Below, piece by piece: positions 1 to 13,392 of a DNA stretch of 64,000 nt. The stretch covers positions 26,908,001-26,972,000 of the forward strand of contig OX597836.1 in assembly GCA_951406725.2 (NCBI GenBank), read 5' to 3'. The translations under genes and the position numbers were made by a program. Under the pieces are notes generated by a model. It did not search any database, was not told where the DNA came from, and saw only the letters and a list, made by a program, of their open reading frames with translations. Source of the DNA: Octopus vulgaris (lineage: Eukaryota). Numbering within the stretch: the stretch's first letter is position 1; each line of letters opens with the position of its first letter.

Positions 1-566
1 CAGATTACTTGATTCCCTGCAAAAATCCGAGGTTCTTTCTTTTCCTCAGTGAAACGCGTGCAGGTGAACTTGCCAAAATTTACCCAAACTTCTAAACCCA
101 ACCATTCTTTCACAGAGTTTCACTATTTCAATGAAATTTTCTCCCACTGATTTTTTCCCGAATTTGTTGTGTCTCATTAGATGACACAACATATAACATC
201 AAAAGTACCAACTAGTAAATATTTATTTAATAACGAACCATGTAATCCGCATTTTCAAAGACGTATTTCTGTGAAATGTTGGAGATGAGGTGGGTAAAAT
301 TTTCGAGAGTTCCACCCCATCTCAGCCCCCATTTCCCGGACAAAAAACGTTTTATTTTTGTGGCATATTCAGAGGTCACCGATAATCAAAAGTGGCGATA
401 GTTTAGGTGATGTTTCGGTGACAGTGTAGTGCTACTAACACCATTTTCGGCGATATTCGAGTCTATCGTGTCTTCTACTGTAACCTCGGGCCGCCCGAAA
501 CCTTGTGAGTGGATTTGGTTGACCGAACTGAAAGAAGCCCATCGCATGCATGCATGCATACATACA

Positions 567-597
<31 letters not shown>

Positions 598-644
598 CTA
601 CACATATGCATGTGTCTTTGTGTCTGTGTTTGTCCGCCACCCTC

Positions 645-1890
645 AGCCATATCCCAGAAGTGGTGTGGGAGGAAGTTATCCTTGTTGGGAAGGGCGGAGG
701 TTGCACAGGTGTCCATAGCATCTGTGATAACCTACCGCATAACCGTCGTGCCTTGCCCCGGTTTGTGACTTATCAAATTGGAGCGGATCCTTTTCCACGT
801 TTTGTGGGGAAGTAAAACTCCACTTGTGAGGCGCTTTATCTGTTGCCAGAAACCGCTAAAGGGCGGGGCTGGGGATACCCTGGCTAATGATGCACAAGTA
901 CGCGCTGAGGCTGAGACATCTCCGGTGCTACCTGGATGGTGAGCAGGTGTGGTCAACGCATGTCGAGCAACTCTTTCCAATGTTAAAGTCCCTGGTGGAC
1001 TTAGGTGCATGGTTCAAGCGGAGACCCAAGTTGAGGGAATGGCAAGAGGAGTGCAAACAAACACTTTCCCTCTTCTCTCGAGTGAGCAACGCTGACGGCA
1101 GGGTTACCACAGCGGGTTTTTATAGGGGGTTGGTAGAGCATAAGCCCGACGGTGTCCAGGGGGAGACTCTAGGCTTCGATAGGAGGCAGCTAGACAGCCT
1201 GTTCGCAAGGCCCTTCGGATCGAAATTTCTGGATAATTATCAGAAATCTTTGACCTGGTTGTGCTACCGATCGGCCTTACCGGTTCGGGGAAAGGTCGTT
1301 AAGGCATGGTTATGATCCCTCCCCCCCACGTGTCCGAGGTGCGGGCCTGCCAGTGAAACGGTCACGCACGCCTTCGTACACTGTGGGGAATTGAGGGAGT
1401 TGATGGCCTATGCCGAACAGCTGATGTCGGATGCAGAAAGTGTACGGCTCTCGACTGAGTCCATGATAAAGATTGTACCACCTTCCTCTTTCTCCAAAGA
1501 AGAGAAGGCAGTATTTCTCTGCGTAATAACAATATTGAAAGACGTGACATGGTAGACGCGAGTGAAAGGGATTGCGACAGGCCAATTCATCTCCGAACGT
1601 GGGCTGGTGGATTGCTTCGCCGCCCATCTTTCCAGCAAGATCCGTCTGGAGAGGAGGAACCTGCCGCAAAGAGTATTTGGAAAAAGATGGACGGAAGTAG
1701 TAAGAAAGATGAGAATACAAGGAGCCATGCTGACACGGTCAGTTCGAGCATAGAACAGGAAAGATTACCAAAAGGAAATCAACCGGCGGGTTAGTTCCCT
1801 AACCCGAACCCTGTAAATAGTAATAATTTAACGTCTTAATTTTTAACTTTATATCATTCGGCATTCATATCCATAATAAACTCATTCGTG
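645..1890 (+). mobile_element. 5'-truncated Tx1/L1-clade LINE, decayed ORF2 C-terminus and 3' UTR
   Basis: Reads LSLLGRAEV..SVITY...LERILFHVLWGSK...PLKGG.GIP, later W.CYRSALPV and a CPRC...ETVTHAFVHC zinc knuckle (about 1328-1385), with stops and frameshifts; GC-rich against its flanks. Confidence 0.8.
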
Positions 1891-2672
1891 TCTAATCTGT
1901 TGTAAGAGTGTGTCTGACCCTTAAATGTCCTTGTTTGTCCCCTCTATGTATCCTTTTTATAAGGAATAAAGAAAATCTGTGTTTGTTCCCCACCACTGCT
2001 TGACAACCGGTGTTAGTGTGTTTGCGTCCCCGTAGCATAGCGGTTCGGCAAAAGAAACCGATAAAATAAATAGCAGGCTTGAAAAATAAGCACTGGGTTC
2101 GATTCATTCGACTAAAAATACAAGTCGGTGCCCCAGCATGGCCGTAGTCTAATGACCGCAACAAGTAAAGAGATAAAAGATATACACACACATTCACGTG
2201 TATTCTTATTCTATTTTATACACTTGTATACTTCATTTGTATTTGTAACGACAGATTCTGAATGTATTTTGTCCAAAACATAAAAATCTGAAGACAAAAT
2301 TTTGTTGTTTAAAGAAATAAAAATATAAAAAGTGGAGGTCATTTTTTAAAAAACTTTTTCTGGTTATTTTTCAATAACCAGAAAAAGTTTTAAAGCAAAG
2401 TTATGTCCCCTTATTCTCTAAGCCTTACCAAAATCATTCAGCAGATAGTTACATATAACGCAATTAGAAAAAAAAAAAATAATTAAAATGTGTTGATTAT
2501 TGTTTTATTATTTTTATGAATTAAAATTAAAACCAAGATTTTAAAAAAGTAATTTGTTTTAAATAAATGTTTACAGATATATTTTATGTTTCTTTTGACC
2601 AAAGGGATGGCGACGAAATATTAACTGCTGCTCTGTATTGTTTGTATATTTTGTGAGGAAAGTCTGTCAAAC

Positions 2673-2771
2673 ATGTCTGGATTTCTTGATAATTGCCGTT
2701 GGTCCTGTTCCGATGGCTGTGAACTCGGGGATAGACGAAACATGGTGGCTTCTATTATAGCCGGGGTTTTG
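2673..2771 (+). CDS. TMEM50: TMEM50A/B-like transmembrane protein, coding exon 1 of 6 (MSGFLDNCRWSCSDGCELGDRRNMVASIIAGVL)
   Basis: ATG at 2673; translation matches the TMEM50 N-terminus (MSGFL...G.KRN..AS..AGVL); donor GTAAGT at 2772, phase 0. Confidence 0.95.
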
Positions 2772-3872
2772 GTAAGTAAGACACGCCATCTCATTGCCAT
2801 TCTTTCGTTACCATTTTATTTATTTCAGAGCGAAGAAGGCAGCTTCTTCTTCATGGTCGCTGGAACTACTAGAAATAGCAGCTAAATCTCCTTCAAGTCA
2901 AACCTTAGCGATTAAAAATATATATTATATAAAAAAGACACGTTATATAATGTACTCCTCGATACACTATGTCTAAAAATAAAAACGGAATGGTCACACG
3001 CCTTTGGGGCCAAAGCTTTGTGAATTGATTTGGTAGACGGAAACTGAAAAGAAGCCCGTCGTTTATGTATGCTTGTGTGTGTCTTTGTGTTTGTCACTCA
3101 CTACTTTTTGACACTTGGTCCATTTATATCTCTGTAACTTAGCGGTTCAGCACAAGAGACTGATAGAATAAACATTAGGCTTTAAAAAAATGACTAAGTC
3201 CTGGGGTCGCTTCGTCCCTTTAAAAGCGGTGCCACAACCCTTTCTTTCATTCAAACCTCAGCAGTCTTTTAAAGAGCATTAATGGTAGCACCACAGCCAA
3301 ATTACTGACTAAAAGTAACAACTCTACCTTTGGAACCAAACATTTGTTAAAGACGTATTATATTAACTTTACCAAAAACCCACAACAGAAGTCCACTCCA
3401 AAGCCTGAGACCAATTTAACAAAGACTCCAGCACAACGGAGTTGAAAACTAACAAACAAAAAAGACTTCCAGGATCCGAATAAAATTAATGATAGAAGCC
3501 ACAGAAAAAAGCAGGCGGCACCTTGCTTCTATTTTAGCTGCTTTCATTTTGTTTGTTTTTCATTCATATCGTACATCCTGTTCCAACAGATATTTGTTGT
3601 CTCTATCCGACCATCCGTCCAAGATATTTCTGTGTGTTAGTCATCATTATTTTACGTTCATTCATCTGTGGGAGATCACGTTTGGCCTAATTATTACATA
3701 TATATATATATTTTTAATTAGCAACAAGTGTGTCATTTGTCGAAATTAAAATAAAATACGCATACATATAAATAACAACAATGTCTTAATGTTTCTATAA
3801 TGAAAAAGGGTGGAGCTAAATTTTCTCCGAACTATGAGAATCATCCCGGATTCTCTTCCTCTGTGTGAAAAC

Positions 3873-3933
<61 letters not shown>

Positions 3934-4070
3934 CCCTGAATATCTGAATATAAATTTATTCGAAGTTGGTGAGTCATTCCGTCGTTAAAATATATATGTA
4001 TAAAATGGTTTCTGATGCACTCAGGAAATTTTAAGGATGTGTAGAGCTGAATTTTATATATATATATGTA

Positions 4071-4158
<88 letters not shown>

Positions 4159-5349
4159 CGCGTGTATGTATATATATATATATATATATATTAGATAATT
4201 GTTTGTTTTTGCAAACTAGATATGTAAAAGTACGCATTACATTATCTAAGTTTGAGAGAGCTTCTAAAAAAAGTTACACATACATAATCAAAATGATGTG
4301 TGTGTGTGTGTGTAGAGTTTTTTTGTTTGTTAATAATAAACGTGAGGCAGCTGGATTTGGCTAAATATACGATCGAAGTCGACTCTTTCGAAACATATAA
4401 TAGGTGTATTTGTTTTTATTCATTTATGAACTTCGATTGGGGAATGAGGGAACCTGTTGGAGGTCAGTTGCCATGCTAGAAATAGTAGCTAAATTATTCT
4501 GTATATAAAAAAATACAAAAAAAAACGGGGTGGTCAAAGCTGAATTGTTTTTGATTATAAGCCTGCTTGGTCAGGGTTTCAACAACAACTACTGAATTGG
4601 TGCTTTATCTTTAAAAAACCACCAAAACAAATGAGAAACAAATCTGCTAGTGGACAGGACGCCAGTCCATCATGGCTAATGTTTCCTGAAGTAAGGTTTA
4701 AACTCAGAGCTAATTTTTACCATTTAGTCTGGGAATGAAGGGAAGTGCCCATGGCCCTTTATTTGTTTAGATCCTCCGAGATTTGTGGGAGAAAACGAGG
4801 AATTTGTTTTCAGGGTAGAAACTGGATCAGAATCCTTGCAACAGTGTGGGCCCCTCATGAGAGACACTCAAGGGCCTGGTGGTGGTTTTTAAATCCAAGG
4901 AATGGATCGAGTCTACCCACCAGGAACTCAGGACATAATGAGTTAGAATAAATGTCACAAGGTATCTTGTCCAGTGTTTTAATGATTCCACTGTCCCTCA
5001 GATCCAGCAGTTAAACTTTTCTTTGCTAATGAGGTCCAACAAAATTGAAACATGCTCACAGTTGTCACCCTGCTGTTACAGATCAGACTCACTCTCCACT
5101 GTATTCTATTTTTTTAATTAATCAGGAATGTCTCCCATGCACTTTTTGACCAGAATTATTTAGATTGTGATTGTTAGTGTCACTAATCGTGTAATATTAA
5201 TTATTAAAGTTGGCTTGCTTATATCAGTTATGTTAGCACCCCTTTACAGATACCTCTACTATATTAGAACTCTACATCAGTTGTGTTATTACCCCCACTT
5301 TACAGATGTATCAAGTCTGTTATAACCCCACCCCCATTGCAGGCAAATC

Positions 5350-6180
5350 AAAATGAAGCTGTCCATTGCAGCTGTCGAATCAGTGTTGTTATATGGCAGT
5401 GAAACATGGAAATTAGGATCTTTTTGGTTTGAACGGCAGTTTTTAGCATAATTTCTAGGTAACTAAAAAATTTTAAACTTCGTATACTGGTAGAATGTGT
5501 TTATAAAACATCTTTTTCTCTTGGCTTTATTGAGAAAATTTTATGGTTTGTAAGATATTTGTTGTTTTTTTTCTTCAATTTCTGCAATTTTAACCAATCA
5601 GTGATGTCTATTGAGTTAAAAAGCATTCTGTGCTGTATGAATATGTCCCTCATTTAAGAAACAGATTGGGTTTATTTACATCTGTGAAGAAAAAAAAGAT
5701 ACCCTTCCCCCATCCCTAACCCTTATCCTAAAAGAGATTGAAATGCAACAGATCGATTCTAGGGTCATAATTATGGGCGACAGTTTCATATGACACCGCT
5801 AGAAAAAACTGCCGTTCAAACTGAAAAGATCCGGAAATGATCAAATGGGCTAAATGGATGCTACACCAGGATGCTATCAATGGCCGTAAATGTGAAATGG
5901 CTGCAACATATGACAAATGAATGACATTATGGAGACCTACCAAAAGTTCAGTCAAAGACAGCTGCAACTATCTGCTATGCCACCTTGAATTAGAAGCATC
6001 CGAATTAGTCTTGGGGAACCCACTTCATGATAAGTAAGAAGAGGAAAATGTTGTCACACATTGACAATTTGTTTGTAGACTCTGGCCTGGATAAGTTTCC
6101 AAGACCTCAAGGCAATGATGATGGTCTGAGAAGTGTGACGAGTGGACTTTGTTGCTGCAGCCCTGTTGGAACCTGGCTGT
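5350..6180 (+). mobile_element. decayed RTE-like LINE ORF2 C-terminal fragment interrupted by a MITE
   Basis: ESVLLYGSETW, then the insert at 5416-5832, then LNGCYTRML...HMTNE..YGDLPK; ends at (TAA)n. Confidence 0.65.
5416..5832. mobile_element. MITE with GGATCTTTT...GTTTGAACGGCAG TIRs and 8-bp TSD (copy 1)
   Basis: TIRs of about 28 bp; TSD ggaaatta/ggaaatga with one mismatch. Confidence 0.85.
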
Positions 6181-7300
6181 AATAATAATAATAATAATCA
6201 TCATCATCATTGTTTAACGTCTACTTTCCATGCTAGCATGGGTTGGATGATTTGACTGAGGTCTGGCAAACCAGATGGCTGCACCAGGTTCCAATCTGAT
6301 CTGGCAGAATTTCTACAGCTGGATGTCCTTCCTAATGCCAACCACTCTGAGAGTGTAGTGGGTGCTTTTACGTGCCACCGGCACGAGGACCAGTCAGGCG
6401 GTACTGGCAACGACCACGCTCAAATGGTGCTTTTTGCTGGACTGCCACCTGCACAGGAGCCAGTCCAGCGACACTGGCAATGACCTCGCTTGAATGATTT
6501 TTCACGTGCCTCCAGCACAAGTGTCAGTAAGGTGATGCAGGTAACAATCATGCTTGAATGGCGCTTTTTACGTGCCACCAGCACAGAAGCCAGTTTGTTG
6601 CTCTGGCAATGATCATGCTCGGATGGTACTCTTAGCGCTCCACTAGCACGGATGCCAGAATGATATTAATAATAATAAATTCTAGCTAAATCAGGCATAT
6701 TAGGACCCACTTTAGTATTGAACTAAGTCACTAAAAGTAACGGTGCTGGGAATCGGCTACTGACTGCCAAAATGTTTGTCCATTATGTTTTTGCCGTCTA
6801 CCCTTATATATGTTGTGTATTGTTGTTATTTACTTTTAAGGTTTGACTTGATTAGACATCAAGCAAATCTGTGATCACAGACATTCCAGCTGTAGCCATC
6901 CCACCTTTTTCTTTTTGTCACAGGCATACTGTATCTAGGACTTAATAGTCCAATACATCCTTCTTTATTTTTTTAAGGTAGCAGAATTGGCTGCTGTTTC
7001 CCAAAAAGCACCAATTAACTGACCTCACTGTGGCTCTTACTGTTTTAGAATTAGTTACTTTCACCCACCAAAACATGGTGAAATAAAAATACTTATTCTA
7101 TTTTGGAACAGTGGATCTTGAAGCAGATGATAAACCTAGAAGTAATAGCATGAAAATATTGGGTTAAAGAGAAGGTTGAAGGCTGTATGTGGGACTTGAA
7201 CCCTCATCTCCTGTAAATATAACAAGCTTGTTATTTATCATTTGCTTCAAGATCCACCGTTCTACTAAAAAATCATTTCACCTTCTTTCAATGTTTATAA

Positions 7301-7480
<180 letters not shown>

Positions 7481-8243
7481 TAAGTAACTTCACTTCTAAA
7501 CTCTATTCACATATTGTAAAAAATTCCTTTTTTAAAGTAATACTTACGTTTATTTAAGAACCTTTAGACAATTTATATTTCATTATGTTCAAATTACCAG
7601 CTTAATAACAAACTTTTTTAGTTATTTTACTAATTTGTGATTGTTTTATGTTCATGAATAAAGCATGTTATATTCTGCTTGCTCCAATTTGATCGGACTA
7701 AAGATATGGGCTCCAGTCTTCACTCCATGTTTGAGTGTTTAATGGCAGAAAGGATATCCAGTTATAAAAACAAGTGCAAACGTCTTGGAAGATATTATTA
7801 ATGTAAGCATGGAGAAATGGTTGAGCACAAAAAAGAAAACAAAAAAAGAAATAGGCGACAGAGAATTGCGATCTTTTTTTTTTGTTCTTACACCCAACTC
7901 TGCTGACAGTTGAGTCTGCCTTCACTGTCAGTTATGATCCCTACACCAGTTGAACTCTACAACTGAGTCTGCTCTCATCAACTCAGTAACCAGTTGAGTC
8001 AGTCCCTGATTGAATCTCTGCAGTTAAGTCTATTCTCAATCAACTTGGTCAACTGTTGATAATGTCTTCACTATCAGTTCTTCCAACAGATGCATCTACC
8101 CTTGTAGTCAGCAATGGATTTTACAATAATTGAGTCTGCTCTCACTATCAACTTTATGACAATTGAGTCTGCCTTTCCTATCATCTCTACTGATTACTAT
8201 GTCTGTGAGGAGAGATACCAGATCAAAATAAGCAATACAAACC

Positions 8244-8475
8244 TATTTCTTTACTACCCACAAGGGGCTAAACACAGAGGGGACAAACAAGGACAGACAA
8301 ACGGATTAAGTCGATTATATCAACCCCAGTGTGTAACTGGTACTTAATTTATCGACCCCAAAAGGATGAAAGGCAAAGTCGACCTCGGCGGAATTTGAAC
8401 TCAGAACGTAACGGCAGACGAAATACCGCTAAGCATTTCGCCCGGCGTGCTAACGATTCTGCCAGCTCACCGCCT
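8244..8475 (-). mobile_element. tRNA-derived SINE family B (head ggcggcgagctggcagaa); other copies at 22950-23180, 39683-39817, 40336-40430, 40505-41219, 42537-42768, 55010-55411, 58433-58664
   Basis: B box gagttcaaattcc and central gcctttcatcctttcggggtcgataaattaagtaccag; 15-bp TSD taagcaatacaaacc. Confidence 0.85.
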
Positions 8476-8976
8476 TAAGCAATACAAACCACTACACCAT
8501 ATGCCCACGGGCATATGGCGTAATGGTTAAGAGCACGGGCTACTAACCCCAAGATTCTGAGTTCGATTCCAGGCAAATGTTGTTAAGTTAGTATTAGCAT
8601 ATTTAATGGAGTGAATATCAAATCTAATTACAAGGAATTCTGTAATGAGAAAAAGACAACATTAGCTTAATTAGTAACATTATTTTTATTTCATTAAGTG
8701 TGGGAAATATAACATTGTAACTGCCAGGCATAGTTGCAATGCTGAAAGCTGGTATAGAATTCATATTTCTGTGGTCTTACATCTTACGAGGCTTGGTTAA
8801 GATTTGAACTTACAACACATGTGGTCAGTAATTCAGTATCTTATCCTACAGATCCATCGTGTCTTAATTAGCAAAGTCATCTCTCCTTGGTTGGCTTATA
8901 GAATTACTTGTATGAAATTAATATTGATTATTATTTAATGATGTTTATTTTTTTTTTTTATTTTGTTGTCCACTAA

Positions 8977-9081
<105 letters not shown>

Positions 9082-9426
9082 TGATCTAATGACATTTCTG
9101 TTTTTAATGATTTTGTTCCAAACAAGGTTTGAGGCCCCTGTAGTGTAAAGGAATACAAAGAAGGAGAAGAAAAGGGGCCTATAAATTCAAAAGACACTGA
9201 TTGACAGAAAGCTTAAAGGACTCATCATCATTTAACGTCCGTTGTCCATGCTGGCATGGGTTGGACAGTTTGACCAGGGTTGGTGGTAAGCCGGGGAGCT
9301 GCACCAGACTCCAGTCTAATTTGACATGGTTTTCTATGGCTCGATGCCCTTCCTAATGCCAACCACTCCAAACCAGAGGGGAACAAGAGAATAGTAGTGA
9401 GTTCTAGAGAGCAGCAGTTCAATTAA

Positions 9427-9648
9427 TCCTTTAGCATTCAGATTATTCTGTCAAATGTAATCCTTAATCTTTTCGCATTGTTTTGGATTAATCAAGCATC
9501 ATCTCATACATTCAAGATTTCAGTGGTGTGTTTGTATATTTTTGAGAATGACATTGTAGGGTAGGTGTGAGAGGTTGGATCTGGTCAGTTTTAACATAAA
9601 ACAAGTAGAATATTTGGACCAGATACAGTTGAATTAAATGCTAAAGGG
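9427..9648. mobile_element. piggyBac-like MITE with TTAA TSD and CCCTTTAGCATT termini; other copies at about 13678-13883, 9990-10590 (split), 16860-17080 and 32095-33050 (split)
   Basis: ttaa|tcctttagcatt ... aatgctaaaggg|ttaa; the body cagattattctgtcaaatg recurs in the other copies. Confidence 0.7.
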
Positions 9649-10703
9649 TTAAAGGACTTAATCACTAAGAGGAAACTCACTTGTGTCTGTCTATCAAATC
9701 CACGCACAAGGCTTTGGTTGGCCATGGGCTGTAGTAGAAAACACTTGCCCAAGGTGCTGATGTGCTGCACTTTGAGATTGAACCTGGAACCATAATGTTG
9801 GGGACATCTTTGCTTCAAAAAAATACAGCAGACATCGAAATTGCTGTAACTTGGCCATAACAGCTCAAAGTCAATGCCTGTAGCACTTTGCAGTTAAATG
9901 GACACAGAATCAGACGAGGGTGTTAACCAGGGTGCTATGTTATGCCTACCTCTTAATGCTGAAGGTATTCAGTGAGCACGTGATGGTATTAACCCTTTAG
10001 CATCCAGATTATTCTGTCAAATGTAATGTTTATTCATTCACATTGTTTTGAATTAATCTACCAATCACATGGTCCCGAGTTCAGTCCTACTTCGTGGCAC
10101 CTTGGGCAAATGTCTGCTATTCATAGCCTTGGGCCGACCAAAGCCTTGTGAGTGGAATAGGTAGAGGGAAACTGAAAGAAGCCCATCATTTATATATATG
10201 TATATATGTATGTGTGTGTGTGTTTGTCTCCCCAACATCGCTTGGCAACCGATGCTGGTGTGTTTACGTTCCCATAACTTAGCGGTTCGGCAAAAGTGAA
10301 CGATAGAATAAGTACTAGGCTAACAAAGAATAAGTCCTGGGGTCGATTTGTTCGACTAAAGGCGGTGCTCCAGCATGGCCTCAGTCAAATGACTGAAACA
10401 AGTGAAAGAATAATTGTTTATTTTTAGAATGACATTGTAGGGTGGGTGCAAGAAGTTGGATATATTGTTTTGAATTAATCTACCATCCACATGGTTCCGA
10501 GTTCAGTCCTACTGCGTGGCACCTTGGGCAAGTGTCTTTTACTCTAGCCTTGGGCCAGATATGGCCAGTCTCAATGCTAAAGGGTTCAACTGAGTATGTT
10601 AAAGCTTGTGATTCGATAACTAACATTCCCCAATTTCTGCTGTTTTGTTTTTTCTTTTCCAGCCAGAGACTAAATGTCTGTCTTATTTCTCTTTGTTCCA
10701 CAG

Positions 10704-10796
10704 GTGCTCGCATCTGGATTTTGTTTGGTTTCCTGTTTGCATTCGGTTCACTGATTGCTGCTGCTTGGATTTTGTTCGGCTTCTACGTTGCTACAA
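10704..10796 (+). CDS. TMEM50: TMEM50 coding exon 4 (GARIWILFGFLFAFGSLIAAAWILFGFYVAT)
   Basis: Acceptor ccacag ends 10703; 93 nt; GARIW...FGSLIA..WILFG.YV motif; donor GTAAGG at 10797. Confidence 0.95.
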
Positions 10797-11125
10797 GTAA
10801 GGAGACACACACACACACACTTTCTCTCTTTTTCTTCCTCCCTCTCCACACTTGATATGTGCTCTACCCTAATGCAGACCCCTATGGGTCTATGTAGGTA
10901 GGCTATGTGAAATGCTCGACTAACAAGTATTACCAAATTATGACAATATTAAATAGATCACTATTTATATTCTACCACCACCACCACCACCATTATTACT
11001 ACTGCTGCTGTTATTTCCACTGCTATGAACATCACTACTGCTGCAGGTATTGTCTTAGTTCTCCTGTTGGTGGAATGTATGAAATCATAGAATAAAAATA
11101 TTAAGTTCTTGAAGGTACATAATTC

Positions 11126-11526
11126 GGATCTTTTCAGTTTGAACGGCAGTTTTTTCTAGCGGTGTCATATGAAATTGTCACCCATAATTATGACCCTAGT
11201 ATTGATCTATTGCATTTCAATCTAGGTTAGGGGTGTGGGGAAGGGTATCTTTTTTTCTTCACAAATATAAATAAACCCAATCTGTTTCTTAAACAAGGGA
11301 CATATTCATACGGCACAGAATGTTTTCACCTCAATAGACGTCATTGATTGGTTGAAATTGCAGAAATTGAAGAAAAAAAACAACAAATTTCTTATAAACC
11401 ATAGAATTTTCTCAATAAAGCCAAGAGAATGTTTTATAAACACATTTTACCTGTATACGAAGTTTAAAAGTGTTTAGTTACGTGGAAATTATTTAAAAAA
11501 AACTGCCGGTCAAACCGAAGAGATCC
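11126..11526. mobile_element. same MITE family, copy 2, opposite orientation
   Basis: TIRs as in copy 1; perfect 8-bp TSD cataattc at 11118-11125 and 11527-11534. Confidence 0.9.
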
Positions 11527-11915
11527 CATAATTCTGCTTTCTCCAGTTTCATAGACTGGAGATAAAAAGAAAAAAAGTTTCTCCTCCTACTTAACAGTTA
11601 AGTTTGAAACTGGAAGGAGCAGACGACATTTTGTATCACATGACTAAGTAGGAAAAAAAAAACCCCGAAACATTCACCTTATCAAAAACAAAAAAAAATT
11701 AGAATAAAATGGCAAAAATCTCTACGTTGAACCCCATGCACTGGATTTTTTACCCTCTTGTGAAGGAGTGGCTGTGTGGTAAGTAGCTTGCTTACAAACC
11801 ACATGGTTCCGGGTTCAGTTCCACTGCGTGGAACATTGGGCAAGTGTCTTCTACTATAGCCTTGGGCTGACCAAAGCCTTGTGAGTGAATTTGGTAGACA
11901 GAAAGTGAAAGAAGC

Positions 11916-11958
<43 letters not shown>

Positions 11959-12371
11959 GTATGTGTGTCTGTGTTTGTTCCGACATCGCTTGACAACCGA
12001 TGCTGGTGTGTTTATGTCCCCGTAACTTAGAGGTTTGGCAAAAGGGACCGATAGAATAAGTACTAAGCTTACAAAGAATAAGTCCTGCGGTCAACTTGCT
12101 CGACTAATGGCGGTGCTCCAGCATGGCCGCAGTCAAATGACTGAAACAAGTACTCCTGATCAGACAAATGATCTTCCCAGGTTACAACTGGTTGACCCAG
12201 TAGATGTATGTTCTGTTGATCAGATCGATTAGAGCACTCATTGTCGTAAAGGATGGCGTGACGGTCAGTCCCCTCTTAGATGCTTCTCTATTTCAGTTCT
12301 TTGTTCATTCATTAGTAACTAATTCAGGAATTGTTTTGACTAATTTTTTTTATATTTTTACTCCTTTGCAG

Positions 12372-12432
12372 ACCAAGATGATGACTGGCCAGGAACTGCC
12401 ATATTCTTACAGAATGCCTTTATTTTCTTCAG
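12372..12432 (+). CDS. TMEM50: TMEM50 coding exon 5 (NQDDDWPGTAIFLQNAFIFF)
   Basis: Acceptor tttgcag ends 12371; 61 nt; PG.A.F.QNAFIFF motif; donor GTAAAT at 12433. Confidence 0.93.
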
Positions 12433-12451
12433 GTAAATTCTTCCTCCCTCC

Positions 12452-12496
<45 letters not shown>

Positions 12497-12560
12497 TCAT
12501 CTTAATATATATTTGTGCATGTACCATTGGCGATTTTCTTTCCTCTGTCTTCCCTTCTAT

Positions 12561-12595
12561 GTTTCCGATGAAGAGCTCCGCTCGAAACGTTAAAC
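12561..12595 (+). ncRNA. minimal hammerhead-like motif of a second family in TMEM50 intron 5 (core U4>C); degenerate relative at about 56116-56145
   Basis: gttt-CCGATGA-a-gagc[tcc]gctc-GAAAC-GTT^aaac. Confidence 0.55.
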
Positions 12596-12897
12596 CCTCC
12601 TTCTTTCCTGAGCGTCCAATAATACTATATTTGTTCCACGTCCTCCTGTTGTTGTTTTCTTGTTTGGATTAACTATATATATAGATAGATATATAAGCTA
12701 GACATAGGCATAGGAGTGGCTGTGTGGTAAGTAGCTTGCTTACCAACCACATGGTTCCGGGTTCAGTAAGAAGCAAACTTCTTACCACGCAGCCATGCTT
12801 GATATAAAAATAATTTTCCTAACGACTAAATTATAAATTTTTAAAGAAAATTACAATCTTAATTTTATTGTATTTTTTTTTCTTTTTGTCTTTGCAG

Positions 12898-12943
12898 TAG
12901 TATGGTGTTCAAATTTGGTCGTACAGAAGACTTGTGGGGTTAA
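12898..12943 (+). CDS. TMEM50: TMEM50 coding exon 6 (SSMVFKFGRTEDLWG*); full CDS is 480 nt, 159 aa
   Basis: Long pyrimidine tract and CAG ending 12897; FKFGRTEDLW is the conserved TMEM50 C-terminus; TAA at 12941-12943. Confidence 0.95.
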
Positions 12944-13386
12944 AGAACAGACAGAGGCATCAGAATGCCCGTTCTTTCCTCTCTCTCTCTAGTCTTTCAA
13001 TACGGAAGCGTTTGAAAAAAAAAACAATCTATCTGGTGACAAGATCTTACTTTATTTATATTTCTTTACAATAATGTCTGCCATAAAAAAAAAAGCCTTT
13101 CTAATTAATTATATACGTAATTCTTCATCCTCTTAATTGCTTTGTTTGTTAACCTCCCCTCTCCTCCCATCTTGCAAACTGGCTCTGTCTGCTACAAGAG
13201 CTATTAACAGTTCTGTATTCTCTTCTCTTACAAACATCACCTTAATCTCTCATTCATCATGTTTTTCTATGCTTATAATGATAATACACAACTGTTTAAT
13301 AATAATAATAATAATTGCTATTTAAAACATTCGTCACCCCCAAACAAAACAAAAGAAAAAAAAAAATCAAAAATTGTATTTATTAT

Positions 13387-13392
13387 AATAAA
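13387..13392 (+). promoter_or_regulatory. candidate polyadenylation signal of TMEM50
   Basis: AATAAA about 440 nt after the stop codon, followed by GT-rich sequence (ttgtggtgtt). Confidence 0.45.

Noticed and set aside
405-460. Minus-strand hammerhead-like ggtg...cacc-GAAAC-ATC
   Set aside because: The CUGANGA box is not recognisable (ccgaaaa) and stem I is absent; too degenerate to call.
2772-2885. Continuation of ORF 2673-2885 as a single-exon protein
   Set aside because: TMEM50 similarity stops at the GTAAGT donor at 2772; the remainder is intron readthrough.
8509-8574. Genuine tRNA gene (loop CTACTAA)
   Set aside because: There is no convincing acceptor stem or Pol III terminator, and the same head recurs in repeats near 24400 and 38400; it is an element head.
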